Shown here: positions 47,287-56,645 of the stretch, piece by piece
How positions within the stretch are numbered: the first letter of the stretch is position 1
Layout: the number at the start of each line of letters is the position of its first letter
NCBI GenBank assembly: GCA_964492965.1
Contig: CAZBME010000026.1
Span: 925-64,924 of the forward strand
Origin: an uncultured Syntrophaceae bacterium
Lineage (GTDB): Bacteria; Desulfobacterota; Syntrophia; Syntrophales; UBA8958
Reading direction: 5' to 3'
DNA length: 64,000 nt
Notes under the pieces: generated by a model
The model's database searches: none
Told to the model about the DNA's origin: nothing
The model's input: only the letters and a program-made list of their open reading frames with translations
Translations under genes and position numbers: made by a program

Positions 47287-48567
47287 TTACACTCCTTCCC
47301 ATTTTTTAAAAATTAAACAACTATTCACATCGCCGAAGCCGAAACCGGCCTTGGCAATGATTTTAAGATCAGGCACACTCAGACATTCCCGGGGAATGTG
47401 CTCCGAATATTCGGCTATTTCCGGGTGAACGTCTTCACAGTTCACCGACGGGTGTATGAAACCTTTATAAAGCTGCATGACCACTGCGACACACTCGATC
47501 GCCCCAGCAGCCCCCAGAGCGTGACCGATAAGGGATTTTGTCGAGTTGATGTACGGGAAGCTTTCAGCCGTCCTCTCCAATGCCAAAGCCCAGTTCCTGA
47601 CCTCCACCGGATCAGCATAGGTGGCCGTAAGATGCCCATTGATGGCGTCGATATCCCGCGGTGAAACACCCGCATCGACGATAGCCTGACGGATGCACCG
47701 GCTGACTCCCTCGGGATTTGGCGCTGTCATGGAGCCTCCCATGCGATGACCGCCGCAGTTGACGTGCCCTCCCAAAATTTCGGCATAGATGCGGGCGCCT
47801 CTTTCTCTCGCCGTCTCGAGGTCTTCAATGACCAGCACAGCTCCGCCGGAACCGGGGACAAAACCGCCTGCAGAAGCGCTCAAGGGACGGGAAGCCTTTG
47901 CCGGTTCGTCATTGAATTTCCGGCAGATGACTCGCATGGCATCAAATCCGCCCCAGATATAAGGCGACGCGCCTTCGGAACCGCCCACCAGCATCCGTTG
48001 CGCAAGTCCCGAACGAATCCGCAGCACACCGTCAATAATCGCCTCGTTGCCCGTACTGCACGCCGATGAATTGGACGTTACCTGGTTGCCCAGCGCCAGT
48101 AGCCCGGCAATCCGCGCGCTGGTGCCGCTGTTCATCACCTGCTCGACAATCCGGCTTCCCATGCGGCGCACCTTGCCCGCATTGACCATCGGAACAACGG
48201 TGTTGGCAATAGTATCCATCCCGCCGATGCCGCATCCGACAATAGCGCCCGTATCCCAATGCACATGATCATCTTCGCTGTCCGGAACTTTAAAACCGGC
48301 ATCCGTCCACGCGTCTATGGCACATACGGAAGCGTAGCCGATATTATCATTTATCGACATGAGTTTTTCATGATCAAAATATTCACTACGAATCCGGTCA
48401 AAATCCTGAGGCACACCGGCGACCTGACATCCAAAACCAAGTTCAGCCAACTGAGGGATAAAGCGAATCCCCGAGCGTCCTTCCCGCAAGGCCTCCTCAA
48501 AGGCCTGAAGGCCAATCCCATTGGGCGCCGCAACGCCCATTCCCGTAATAACAATACGCTTTTTCAT
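47287..48567 (-). CDS. Beta-ketoacyl-ACP synthase I/II family (FabB/FabF-like)
   Basis: Active-site SSACSTGNEAI, with His residues in GHLTAT and IGHALGAAG. N-terminus IVITGMG. Confidence 0.9.
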   Translation of the reverse strand: MKKRIVITGMGVAAPNGIGLQAFEEALREGRSGIRFIPQLAELGFGCQVAGVPQDFDRIRSEYFDHEKLMSINDNIGYASVCAIDAWTDAGFKVPDSEDDHVHWDTGAIVGCGIGGMDTIANTVVPMVNAGKVRRMGSRIVEQVMNSGTSARIAGLLALGNQVTSNSSACSTGNEAIIDGVLRIRSGLAQRMLVGGSEGASPYIWGGFDAMRVICRKFNDEPAKASRPLSASAGGFVPGSGGAVLVIEDLETARERGARIYAEILGGHVNCGGHRMGGSMTAPNPEGVSRCIRQAIVDAGVSPRDIDAINGHLTATYADPVEVRNWALALERTAESFPYINSTKSLIGHALGAAGAIECVAVVMQLYKGFIHPSVNCEDVHPEIAEYSEHIPRECLSVPDLKIIAKAGFGFGDVNSCLIFKKWEGV

Positions 48568-48625
48568 AAATCCGAACCTCTCTCAAGAGTAACACCCCTC
48601 CTCCTATGGAAGGGCTATGATCTTT

Positions 48626-49096
48626 CTACATTTTCACTGCCATTCCGGCAACAATCCCGGAACAGACGGATTCTCCGTTTTCCCTTTCCATGTGAACCCG
48701 CACTTTCATGTTCATTTTCCTCATATATATTTTCTCACCCTTGACGATGACCCTCTCTCCCGGACGAACCATCCCAGTAAACTCTACCGTATCCATGTAC
48801 GTAAACAAGGTTACGAATTGTCCGATCTCCTCCAGGGTCATCTCATTCGATACCATGAGAAGATAAATGCCGTAGGCAACGACCCCCGTTTGCGCCATGG
48901 TTTCCAGAAGAATGACACCCGGCGTTACGGGCCGGCCCGGGAAATGGCCTGCATAAAAATACTCGTCCTCCCGAAACCGATAGGTACCGACAATCTGATT
49001 CTCGTCCAGAGACAAAATATCATCAATGAAGCGAAAGGGCTTTTTCTGCGGAATCGCGCCAAGAACCCTTTCGATCGTTTGCCGATCAGCCGCCAT
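48626..49096 (-). CDS. FabZ-like hotdog-fold 3-hydroxyacyl-ACP dehydratase
   Basis: FRFIDDI ... YFYAGHFPGRPVTPGVILLETMAQ. Confidence 0.75.
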   Translation of the reverse strand: MAADRQTIERVLGAIPQKKPFRFIDDILSLDENQIVGTYRFREDEYFYAGHFPGRPVTPGVILLETMAQTGVVAYGIYLLMVSNEMTLEEIGQFVTLFTYMDTVEFTGMVRPGERVIVKGEKIYMRKMNMKVRVHMERENGESVCSGIVAGMAVKM

Positions 49097-49814
49097 AGAT
49101 CCCCCCGTTCACATGAATGACGCTCCCGTTGATATAAGAACCGGAAGTAGCCAGGAAGGTCACAATCTCAGCCACTTCTTCCGGGCGGCCCATGCGCCCC
49201 AGGGGAACCTGGGAAAGAATCATGTCTTTGATGCTATCGGGAAGCACCTGGGTCATCTCCGTGTCGATAAATCCCGGAGCAACGGCATTTACAAGAATAT
49301 TCCGCCCGGCAAGTTCCTTGGCCAGGGATTTCGTAAAGGCTTCCAGGGCCGCCTTTTCCATCGTATAGGGGATCTGCCCGGCATTGCCTGTATGGCCGAC
49401 CACGCTTGAAATATTGATGATCCGTCCCTGTCCGCGACGGAGCATGAACAAACGCAGGAGCCGTTTCGTCAGAAACCAGACACCACGCATCATGGCCCTT
49501 TGATCGTCGAACTGTTCCACTTTCATGGTGTTGATATCGGCGTTGATGGAATGCCCGGCATTGTTGACCAGCACATCGACGCGGCCCGCCTTTTCCTTGA
49601 TGGTGTTGACCATGTTCTCTACCTGATCCGTATCGGCAAGATCGGCCTGGAAAAGGCAGCCCTCACCGATCTCCGACAGAAGCGCGTCGGCTTGAGCTGC
49701 GCTGCTGCGGTAATGAATCCCGACATAAAAACCCTTATCGGCCAGGGCACGGCAACAGGCCGCCCCAATGCCTATGGCACCTCCCGTGACAATGGCAACG
49801 GGTTTTTCGGTCAT
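49086..49814 (-). CDS. fabG: 3-oxoacyl-ACP reductase (SDR)
   Basis: TGGAIGIG, NNAG and YTMEKAA (YxxxK). Overlaps both neighbouring genes. Confidence 0.85.
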   Translation of the reverse strand: MTEKPVAIVTGGAIGIGAACCRALADKGFYVGIHYRSSAAQADALLSEIGEGCLFQADLADTDQVENMVNTIKEKAGRVDVLVNNAGHSINADINTMKVEQFDDQRAMMRGVWFLTKRLLRLFMLRRGQGRIINISSVVGHTGNAGQIPYTMEKAALEAFTKSLAKELAGRNILVNAVAPGFIDTEMTQVLPDSIKDMILSQVPLGRMGRPEEVAEIVTFLATSGSYINGSVIHVNGGIYGG

Positions 49815-50407
49815 ACATCCCTCCTGATAATGCCACCGACTGATTGCGGCGACCGCTTCGGATAGTCCCGATAAACAATCCCTTTAAAAATGCCTGTTCT
49901 GGCATCCTGAACCGTGGCGATCAATTCATCGTCCACAAATACCTGACCATCACCGATAACCACGGAAGACCCGGATTCTTTCAGCAGGGCATACCGTTTC
50001 ACCTTGATTTCATAACGGACAACCCGGTTAAAGGGGCGAATTTGCCCCTGAAACGCGACCTCTCCACATCCCAAGGCCCGACCCGCGCCCAGAGCCCCGC
50101 GCCAGAGGCAATAGAACCCCAGCAACTGCCAGATCGCATCGACGGACAAACATCCGGGCTGAACGGGGTCACCCGGCATATGGCATTGAAAATACCAGGC
50201 GTCCATGCGGATATCCAGTTCGGCAATGATTTCGCCGCGGCGGCCGTCAGTGCTCATGGAAAGAATCCGGTCCACCATCAGAAACGGCGGCGCCGGCAGG
50301 CGACCGTCAAAATCAGCCGGCGGATCGTCCACCAGGCGGCCATAGACAAAGGCAAGGAGATCTTCCTGTGTAAAACTACTTTTCTCAATGAATTCTTTGT
50401 AGGTCAT
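49811..50407 (-). CDS. fabA: FabA-like 3-hydroxyacyl-ACP dehydratase/isomerase
   Basis: LPAPPFLMVDRI ... WYFQCHMPGDPVQPGCLSVDAIWQLLGF aligns by eye with E. coli FabA (LPAPNMLMMDRV ... [28 protein letters not shown]). ATG 50407 is chosen because the tracked start overlaps fabH. Confidence 0.8.
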   Translation of the reverse strand: MTYKEFIEKSSFTQEDLLAFVYGRLVDDPPADFDGRLPAPPFLMVDRILSMSTDGRRGEIIAELDIRMDAWYFQCHMPGDPVQPGCLSVDAIWQLLGFYCLWRGALGAGRALGCGEVAFQGQIRPFNRVVRYEIKVKRYALLKESGSSVVIGDGQVFVDDELIATVQDARTGIFKGIVYRDYPKRSPQSVGGIIRRDV

Positions 50408-50418
50408 TTGAAGCCTTT

Positions 50419-51402
50419 CTAATGCACGTGCAGGGCCACCTGAGTCCAGGTCAGGCCGCCACCGACAAGGGCCATCGCCACGCAATCCCCGGAGCGAAGC
50501 TCATCCCAATGCTGACTTAGAACCGACGGCGCTCCTGCACAACCCGCGTTTCCAAATGCGGTCACATTATGCCAGTGATTCTCCTCGGCAACAGCGGACC
50601 GCTCACAGGCCGTCTGGAGTACGCCCAGGTTGGCCTGATGGCCGATAAAGAAAAAACGATTCACGTCACCTTGGAACGACTCTTTGATGTTCCGCAGGCC
50701 ATCTGTCGTTTTGCGAATGGCGAATCCCTGGACGGCGTTGCCGTCCTGTACAAAAAATCTCCATCGCTCCACCTGGATCTTGTCCCATAGAGAGGGCTTG
50801 GCGGATACGGCGCTATCCATAAATATTTTATTGGAAGGGACGGTTGTCGACAACACTGCGGCGGTGCTTGCATCACCAAAGAGAACGGCGGAACGGCGGT
50901 CGGAATAATCGATGCTGGGCGTGATCCCTTCGATGTTAAGGACAAGGACATAGGGCGGCAGTTTCTCAGGCTTCATCATATCGAGAAAATGCACCTGCAC
51001 CCCAAAGGTGGTGCATGCATTGTTAATATCGAAGCACGGCACATCGATTTCCAGCTTGCAGGCTACCGTAGCCGCCTCGCAGGGAGTTAGAAATTCGGGA
51101 GCTGAACTGCCGGATATGACCATGCCGATATCCTCAACCTTGATGCCGGCCCTTTCGACAGCCATTCTGGCGGCTATCTCGCCCATCTGGGCATTCGAAT
51201 AGAGCCGGGCGTCACAAGTCGCACGCTGATCGGCATTCCTTGTCTCCCGGAGATAGTCCAGAGGCAGGATGGTACGGCGCGTTTCGATGCCGACACGCTC
51301 CATGATCCAATCGATCGACGTGCCGATCCCCATCTCTTCCAGGAATTTATTGGTAATAATATTTTCAGGGTGAAAATGCCCCAGACCATGCAGATAGATC
51401 AT
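50419..51402 (-). CDS. fabH: Beta-ketoacyl-ACP synthase III (FabH-like)
   Basis: Cys in NNACTTFG, His in GHQAN, Asn in GNAGCAG. Confidence 0.85.
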   Translation of the reverse strand: MIYLHGLGHFHPENIITNKFLEEMGIGTSIDWIMERVGIETRRTILPLDYLRETRNADQRATCDARLYSNAQMGEIAARMAVERAGIKVEDIGMVISGSSAPEFLTPCEAATVACKLEIDVPCFDINNACTTFGVQVHFLDMMKPEKLPPYVLVLNIEGITPSIDYSDRRSAVLFGDASTAAVLSTTVPSNKIFMDSAVSAKPSLWDKIQVERWRFFVQDGNAVQGFAIRKTTDGLRNIKESFQGDVNRFFFIGHQANLGVLQTACERSAVAEENHWHNVTAFGNAGCAGAPSVLSQHWDELRSGDCVAMALVGGGLTWTQVALHVH

Positions 51403-51405
51403 TCC

Positions 51406-52605
51406 TTATACCAACTCCCTTCCGATAATCATATGCTGAACTTCCCGGACGCCTTCGTATATATCGATGATGTGGGCATCCCGCGCCAGTTTCGAAATCT
51501 CATATTCGGAGGTAAACCCATATCCGCCATGGAGGTGCAGACCTTCATTGGCGCAAAACAGAGCGGCTTCGGCAGCGACATTTTTAGCCAGAGAGGCATA
51601 CATGCCTCTGTCAGGAGCTCCTTCCTCAACCTTGCAGGCAGCCTTCATCAGGGCCATCTCCGCAAGCTCGACCTTTTTCCACATCTGGACCAGCATTTCC
51701 CGGGCCACGGGAAGATCGCAGATCCGCGAATCGAATTGCCTTCTTTCTTTGGTATAGGCCAGGGTGACATCCAGGGCACGCCTTGCAAGCCCTACACCGA
51801 TGGCGGCAACCATGGGACGGGCATAGTCCAGGACATCGATGACATATTGAAAGCCCCGCCTGCGGTCGCCGATAATCTGGTCCGGTTGAAGGATCACATC
51901 CTCAAAGGTAACGGTGGCCGTGTTGGAAAGACGCTGTCCCAGCTTGTCTTCCGCCTTTCCGATAATTACCTTCCCGCCTGAGGGTATTTGAATCTCCCTC
52001 CCCCGTTCGGCCGCTACGGCAATAGCCTCATCACTCAGCAGTCCCGCGGGAATGACAACACAGGCGATAAACTGGCTCGTCGGCTTGCCCACCTTACAGA
52101 AAACCGTAAACTGGGAGGCATAGGAAGCATTGGTAATAAAGCATTTCGAGCCGTTGAGGACATAAGAGCCATCATCGCGCTTGCTCATAAAGGTCGTCAT
52201 CGCAGAATTGTCGGACCCCGCGCCCGGTTCTGTCAGACAGAACGACGCCAGGAGAGGCGCTTCCACAAAAGGACGCAAAAAAGCCTCCTGCTGTTCAGGT
52301 GTGCCATGCTGCGCAATGACAACATTGGCCAGATCGTTGCACATGGCCGAGGTCGCGATTCCGGAATCGCCATAGGACAGTTCCCGGATAATGGAGGCCG
52401 ATGAAATGACGTCGACACCAAAACCCTTCACCGACTCGGGAATGCTGAGGTTCACAATACCCATCCCCCAGGCCTTCCTGATGATCTCCCAGGGAAAAAT
52501 ATGGGCCTTTTCGAGATGCAGAATCTGCGGCAGGATATCGGTTTTCACGAAGCGCTGCACCGTATCGACAAATTCCTTCTGATTATCCGTTAATTCAAAA
52601 TCCAT
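51406..52605 (-). CDS. Acyl-CoA (or acyl-ACP) dehydrogenase family flavoprotein
   Basis: CLTEPGAGSD, the FITN motif and a catalytic-base region IYEGVREVQ. AAGGAAAA RBS. Confidence 0.9.
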   Translation of the reverse strand: MDFELTDNQKEFVDTVQRFVKTDILPQILHLEKAHIFPWEIIRKAWGMGIVNLSIPESVKGFGVDVISSASIIRELSYGDSGIATSAMCNDLANVVIAQHGTPEQQEAFLRPFVEAPLLASFCLTEPGAGSDNSAMTTFMSKRDDGSYVLNGSKCFITNASYASQFTVFCKVGKPTSQFIACVVIPAGLLSDEAIAVAAERGREIQIPSGGKVIIGKAEDKLGQRLSNTATVTFEDVILQPDQIIGDRRRGFQYVIDVLDYARPMVAAIGVGLARRALDVTLAYTKERRQFDSRICDLPVAREMLVQMWKKVELAEMALMKAACKVEEGAPDRGMYASLAKNVAAEAALFCANEGLHLHGGYGFTSEYEISKLARDAHIIDIYEGVREVQHMIIGRELV

Positions 52606-52659
52606 TTCATTTTCCTTATGCTGTTAGCCTTTTAAAATACAATTAATGATATTGATGGC

Positions 52660-53607
52660 CTAGCTTGCGCTTTCCCAGATCCGCTGCGCCGAGGACAAAG
52701 AGATGACCGACTGACATTCAACATCCATGGTCCTGAAAAAGTCCCGCAATGGACGGCCCGGCCCGATTTCATAGATGCGGCTTGCAGCGCCGGCAACGGC
52801 CGCCATATTATCCCGCCACCGGACGGCGTGGCCCAACTGGAGAGTCATGGCCTGGATCAAATCTTCATATAGACCCGTGTGAAACGTCCCCATATAATTG
52901 GAGGTAACATTCACAGCCATTTCAGGAACCAGACCTTTTCCTTTTTCTCGAAAAACCAAGGAAAAGGCTTCTTCGATGGTTCTCATAAAGCGGCTATGAA
53001 ATGGTGCGCTGACATTAAGACGCACGAAGCGAATCCCCGTTATATTTGTGAAGGCCTTCATAATGGCGGCTTCCGCATCCGGCAGGGCCTCGGCGGAACC
53101 GCTGATCACAATCTGCTTAACCGAATTGATATTGGCAATATCCAGAGGAAGGTCCTTGATGACTTCCCGGAGCATCTCAGCATCCAGGGCCTCAGCGATG
53201 ATCGCCGCCATCCCGCCGATCCCGACGGGCGTCGCTTCCTGCATGAGACGTCCCCTATTCTGGACGATCGCCACAGCTTCCGCCAAAGGCAAAGCGCCGG
53301 CCGCGACCAGGGCCGTGAATTCTCCCAGGCTGTGCCCCCCGTAAACGGAAGGCGTAAATCCATAAAGAACGGAAAGACCACGCAGCATTGCAATTTCCGT
53401 AGTCAGGATACAGGGCTGGGTATATTCAGTCAAATTCAGGCGCTCATCATCACCAAAACACATGGCCGCCACGTCCCAGGACACGGCATCGGACGCCTGC
53501 TCATAGGTTTCACGGCTCGCCGCAACCTGCTCATAGAAGTCCTTACCCATTCCGGGACGCTGTGCCCCCTGCCCCGGAAAAACAACGGCTGATATTCCTT
53601 CACTCAT
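52660..53607 (-). CDS. fabD: Malonyl-CoA:ACP transacylase
   Basis: FPGQGAQ N-terminus and the GHSLGE nucleophile motif. Confidence 0.9.
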   Translation of the reverse strand: MSEGISAVVFPGQGAQRPGMGKDFYEQVAASRETYEQASDAVSWDVAAMCFGDDERLNLTEYTQPCILTTEIAMLRGLSVLYGFTPSVYGGHSLGEFTALVAAGALPLAEAVAIVQNRGRLMQEATPVGIGGMAAIIAEALDAEMLREVIKDLPLDIANINSVKQIVISGSAEALPDAEAAIMKAFTNITGIRFVRLNVSAPFHSRFMRTIEEAFSLVFREKGKGLVPEMAVNVTSNYMGTFHTGLYEDLIQAMTLQLGHAVRWRDNMAAVAGAASRIYEIGPGRPLRDFFRTMDVECQSVISLSSAQRIWESAS

Positions 53608-53663
53608 AACGACACATCTCCCTGATTATGGACAGGCAATGTCTGTTCTCGGTTGCCCAGAGA

Positions 53664-53679
53664 AAGCATGCCTCATGCC
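53664..53679 (-). promoter_or_regulatory. Sigma-54 (-24/-12) promoter candidate upstream of fabD
   Basis: Minus strand reads TGGCATGAGGCATGCT against the consensus TGGCACG-N4-TTGCW. GG and GC have the correct spacing, and 10 of 12 specified positions match. It lies about 55 nt upstream of the fabD ATG. Confidence 0.3.
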
Positions 53680-53827
53680 AGATCTGAATTTTTCCGGCCT
53701 AATTAGCATAAATGATTAAATACATAAACGAATAAATTAAACTGCGTGAAACCAATCGGGTATATAAATGGCAAGGATGGGTGAAAAAGCAGGAAATACC
53801 ATTCACAGTGCGAAGGATGCTACGCGC

Positions 53828-54451
53828 TTACCCAGTTGAGCGCTTCCCTCGACATAAAAAATGAATCAGCAACACGATTACCCCGATAATTGCCGCCGCA
53901 AGAATATATAAATGAACCCTACCGGACCATAGGTGCCATTCCTTGCCGAAATAATACCCCAAACCCATAAATGACGATACCCACAAAAATGCCCCGGTAT
54001 AGGCAAAGAAAAATAAATCAACCGGTTTCAGTCCCGAGGAGCCTGCAACAAAGGCGATGAAATGCCTGAAGCCAGGAATGTAATATCCGACCAAAAGCAT
54101 CCATTTCCCAACGCGGTCAAACCACGCCGCAACGCGCCCGGCACTCTCTTCGGTGTAATGGAAACGGGGGCCGTATCGCTTGATTAAAAAGGTCCCTCCA
54201 AAACGACCCAGCAGGTAGCTTATGGAAATCCCGCAGGCCGACCCGGCAAAGGCGCTTAAAAACGCAGGCAACAAATCGAACGTGCCTTGAAAAGCAAGGA
54301 GCCCGATAAAGACGAGCAGCGTTTCATCGGGAACAGGAAGCCCCACAATACCCAAGACCAGCAGGAGAAAAATGGCGATGTACCCATAGGACATGATCCA
54401 TAGATGAATAGTTTCAAGAAGCATCGGCATCCTTTTTAAAAGCAACGGCAT
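53828..54451 (-). CDS. DedA-family membrane protein
   Basis: GYIAIFLLLVLGIVGLPVPDETLLVF and multi-TM topology typical of DedA/SNARE-associated proteins. The start could be one of several Met codons in the first 10 residues. Confidence 0.8.
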   Translation of the reverse strand: MPLLLKRMPMLLETIHLWIMSYGYIAIFLLLVLGIVGLPVPDETLLVFIGLLAFQGTFDLLPAFLSAFAGSACGISISYLLGRFGGTFLIKRYGPRFHYTEESAGRVAAWFDRVGKWMLLVGYYIPGFRHFIAFVAGSSGLKPVDLFFFAYTGAFLWVSSFMGLGYYFGKEWHLWSGRVHLYILAAAIIGVIVLLIHFLCRGKRSTG

Positions 54452-54550
54452 GGTGATAATTCATTTAATTTTGCACACCCTCTGGGAGAATTAAAGACAC
54501 CAGCTCACTTTTAGCTTACCATCATTTATTTCATTAATATATAATTTATC

Positions 54551-54578
54551 TTGACTTATGGGCCGTTAAGCGTACGAT
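54551..54578 (+). promoter_or_regulatory. Sigma-70-like promoter candidate
   Basis: TTGACT (54551-54556), a 16-nt spacer, then TACGAT (54573-54578). Confidence 0.35.
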
Positions 54579-54657
54579 ACAGTACGTTAGTGTAACAGGT
54601 GTCATAAATAATTGCGGGACTATCCATCTAAGCAGAAAAATTGAATAAGGTAATGCA

Positions 54658-54693
54658 GCCCTGTCCATCGCCATGCGACAGGGCTTCTTGTTT
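54658..54693 (+). terminator. Terminator/attenuator hairpin upstream of the 103-aa ORF
   Basis: GCCCTGTC (54658-54665) pairs with GACAGGGC (54677-54684), followed by TTCTTGTTT. Confidence 0.5.
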
Positions 54694-54740
54694 CAAGACC
54701 CACTGAAACCATTGATGAAAAGGAACCAAGGAGGCACATC

Positions 54741-55052
54741 ATGAAAATACATCTGCTAAAAGCCGTCAATAATTTTGTTAAACTACATGACAACATCTGG
54801 GAGTGCGGCTGGTGGAAATTAGAAGAGACTCGAGCTCAGGAACTCATCGGCAGCGAAATCTATTTCCACAAAAAGCGCCTGGAACCTTCTTTTTATGGAG
54901 GAACCTTAAGGGGTTACCGCGTCGAGCCGGAAGGACCTTATCAGGGAAGGGTGGTCTTTGAATTTGAATTTCAACCGACCTGCCGGGATATCAAAACCGG
55001 CGGCACCGGTTGGACCCTGGAGATGAAGATCGTTAACGAAGATCCAAAATGA
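54741..55052 (+). CDS. Hypothetical small protein (103 aa)
   Basis: AAGGAGG RBS 8 nt upstream of the ATG. Followed immediately by a strong terminator. No recognisable motif. Confidence 0.5.
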   Translation: MKIHLLKAVNNFVKLHDNIWECGWWKLEETRAQELIGSEIYFHKKRLEPSFYGGTLRGYRVEPEGPYQGRVVFEFEFQPTCRDIKTGGTGWTLEMKIVNEDPK

Positions 55053-55094
55053 CGGGGAAGGCAGGCTGCCCGTCTGCCTTCCCCGTCATTTTTT
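55051..55094. terminator. Bidirectional rho-independent terminator
   Basis: A 14-bp perfect stem: GACGGGGAAGGCAG (55051-55064) / CTGCCTTCCCCGTC (55074-55087). T-run 55089-55094. It lies between convergent genes. Confidence 0.7.
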
Positions 55095-55099
55095 AATGA

Positions 55100-56398
55100 T
55101 TACCGGCCGGCACTTTTTCTATCGCTCCAGCGGCTTGTCCCCGGTTTCGCCATGGATGCAGAGGGATAAGCCCGCCGCGCCGATGGCCGCCCCTGGGTCT
55201 TTAAAAAACTTCCCGGTGCCGCCTGTGGTCGTGACCGGTCAGATCGGCTATCGATTCCGGCAGGCGCGGCCGGAAGCGCATAATTAAAATCCTCAAGAGT
55301 CCTTTTTTCAAGTGTTTCCCCGAGAACTTTTTCAATGGCCCTCACAAATATCTTATCCGTACCGGTCATAAAACTGAAGGCGTCCCCGGTCTTCGCTGCA
55401 CGGCCCGTGCGCCCGATACGGTGCGTATAGGCATCGACCGTATCAGGCATATCATAATTAATCACATGAGATATCCGAGATACATCAATCCCGCGGGCAG
55501 CAATATCCGTAGCCACAAGAATTTGGTATCGGCCATCCCGAAAACCGCTTAACGCATCTTGCCGCTTCGTTTGCGGAAGATCCCCTTGAAGCGAAGTCGC
55601 CACAAAACCCGCTTTTTTTATGTGCTGGGCGAGACGGGTCGCACGACTCTTGGTCCGTGTGAACACCAGGACCGATTCCGTATCCGTTTTATCCAATAGA
55701 TTCATCAGCAGGGCCGTTTTCAGGTGCGCCTCTATGGGATAAACGGCATGAGACACCGATGATAAGGGCAATGTATCGTCAACCCGAACCATGTGTGTGT
55801 TACTCCTCATCATCTCCTTGGTAAGCCGCCGGATCTCTTCAGGCATGGTGGCCGAGAAAAGGAGCGTCTGACGCTTTGCCGGCAGTCTCTTCACAATCTT
55901 TCGGATATCGGGCAGAAAGCCCATATCAAACATGCGGTCCGCTTCATCGAGAACCAATACTTCAAGGGCAGAAACATTCACGGCACCCTGATTCATCAGA
56001 TCAAGCAGCCGTCCCGGACAGGCCACAACAATTTCGGCACCTTCACGCAGTTTCCTGATTTGCGGAATTTTATTCACACCACCATAAATAGTGACGCTAC
56101 GGAGCTTTGTCTCCGAGCCAAGTTGATAAATGGACTCATGTATCTGATCGGCCAATTCCCTCGTCGGGGCAACGATCAGCGCACGGATGCACTTCCGCGG
56201 CCCCGTCATCAGGCGCTGCAAGACGGGAAGGACAAACGCAGCCGTTTTCCCCGTACCTGTCTGGGCAAGCCCCATGACGTCCCGGCATTCGAGGATTGAT
56301 GGAATGCATTGTCGTTGAATGGGTGTAGGCTCTTCGTAGCCAAGGGCCTTAATGCCGGATTCAATCCGGGGGTGTAAATTGAAAGATTCAAAATTCAT
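55100..56398 (-). CDS. rhlE: DEAD-box ATP-dependent RNA helicase (RhlE-like) with a basic C-terminal tail
   Basis: Q-motif region, AQTGTGKT, DEAD, SAT, HRIGRTGR. Confidence 0.9.
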   Translation of the reverse strand: MNFESFNLHPRIESGIKALGYEEPTPIQRQCIPSILECRDVMGLAQTGTGKTAAFVLPVLQRLMTGPRKCIRALIVAPTRELADQIHESIYQLGSETKLRSVTIYGGVNKIPQIRKLREGAEIVVACPGRLLDLMNQGAVNVSALEVLVLDEADRMFDMGFLPDIRKIVKRLPAKRQTLLFSATMPEEIRRLTKEMMRSNTHMVRVDDTLPLSSVSHAVYPIEAHLKTALLMNLLDKTDTESVLVFTRTKSRATRLAQHIKKAGFVATSLQGDLPQTKRQDALSGFRDGRYQILVATDIAARGIDVSRISHVINYDMPDTVDAYTHRIGRTGRAAKTGDAFSFMTGTDKIFVRAIEKVLGETLEKRTLEDFNYALPAAPAGIDSRSDRSRPQAAPGSFLKTQGRPSARRAYPSASMAKPGTSRWSDRKSAGR

Positions 56399-56514
56399 TA
56401 TAATTCACCGCTTGTTTCTTTGCTTTTTTGCATGTACAGAAATTTCCTTTATTAAATAATCGTCTTGATCGACGTCAATTTTACCAGATATCCCGGCATT
56501 CCCGGCATGGACAT

Positions 56515-56552
56515 AAAAAAATCCCCAGTGGCCTTCTAAGAGGCTCTGGGGA
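56515..56552 (-). terminator. Second rho-independent terminator downstream of the binding-protein gene
   Basis: On the minus strand: stem TCCCCAG/CTGGGGA (56522-56528 / 56546-56552) with an inner GGCCT/AGGCT extension, followed by a 7-nt T-run (plus-strand A-run 56515-56521). Confidence 0.55.
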
Positions 56553-56645
56553 CACAATGGACCAAAACCGGCTCTAATCTCGTAAACTTATAAGCTCATC
56601 GCCGAATGGTGTCAAGGATTATTCGCAGGACTATTAACAGATGGA

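Noticed and set aside
55096-55287. 63-aa plus-strand ORF after the bidirectional terminator
   Set aside because: It lies entirely antisense to the C-terminal tail of the DEAD-box helicase and starts inside the terminator flank.
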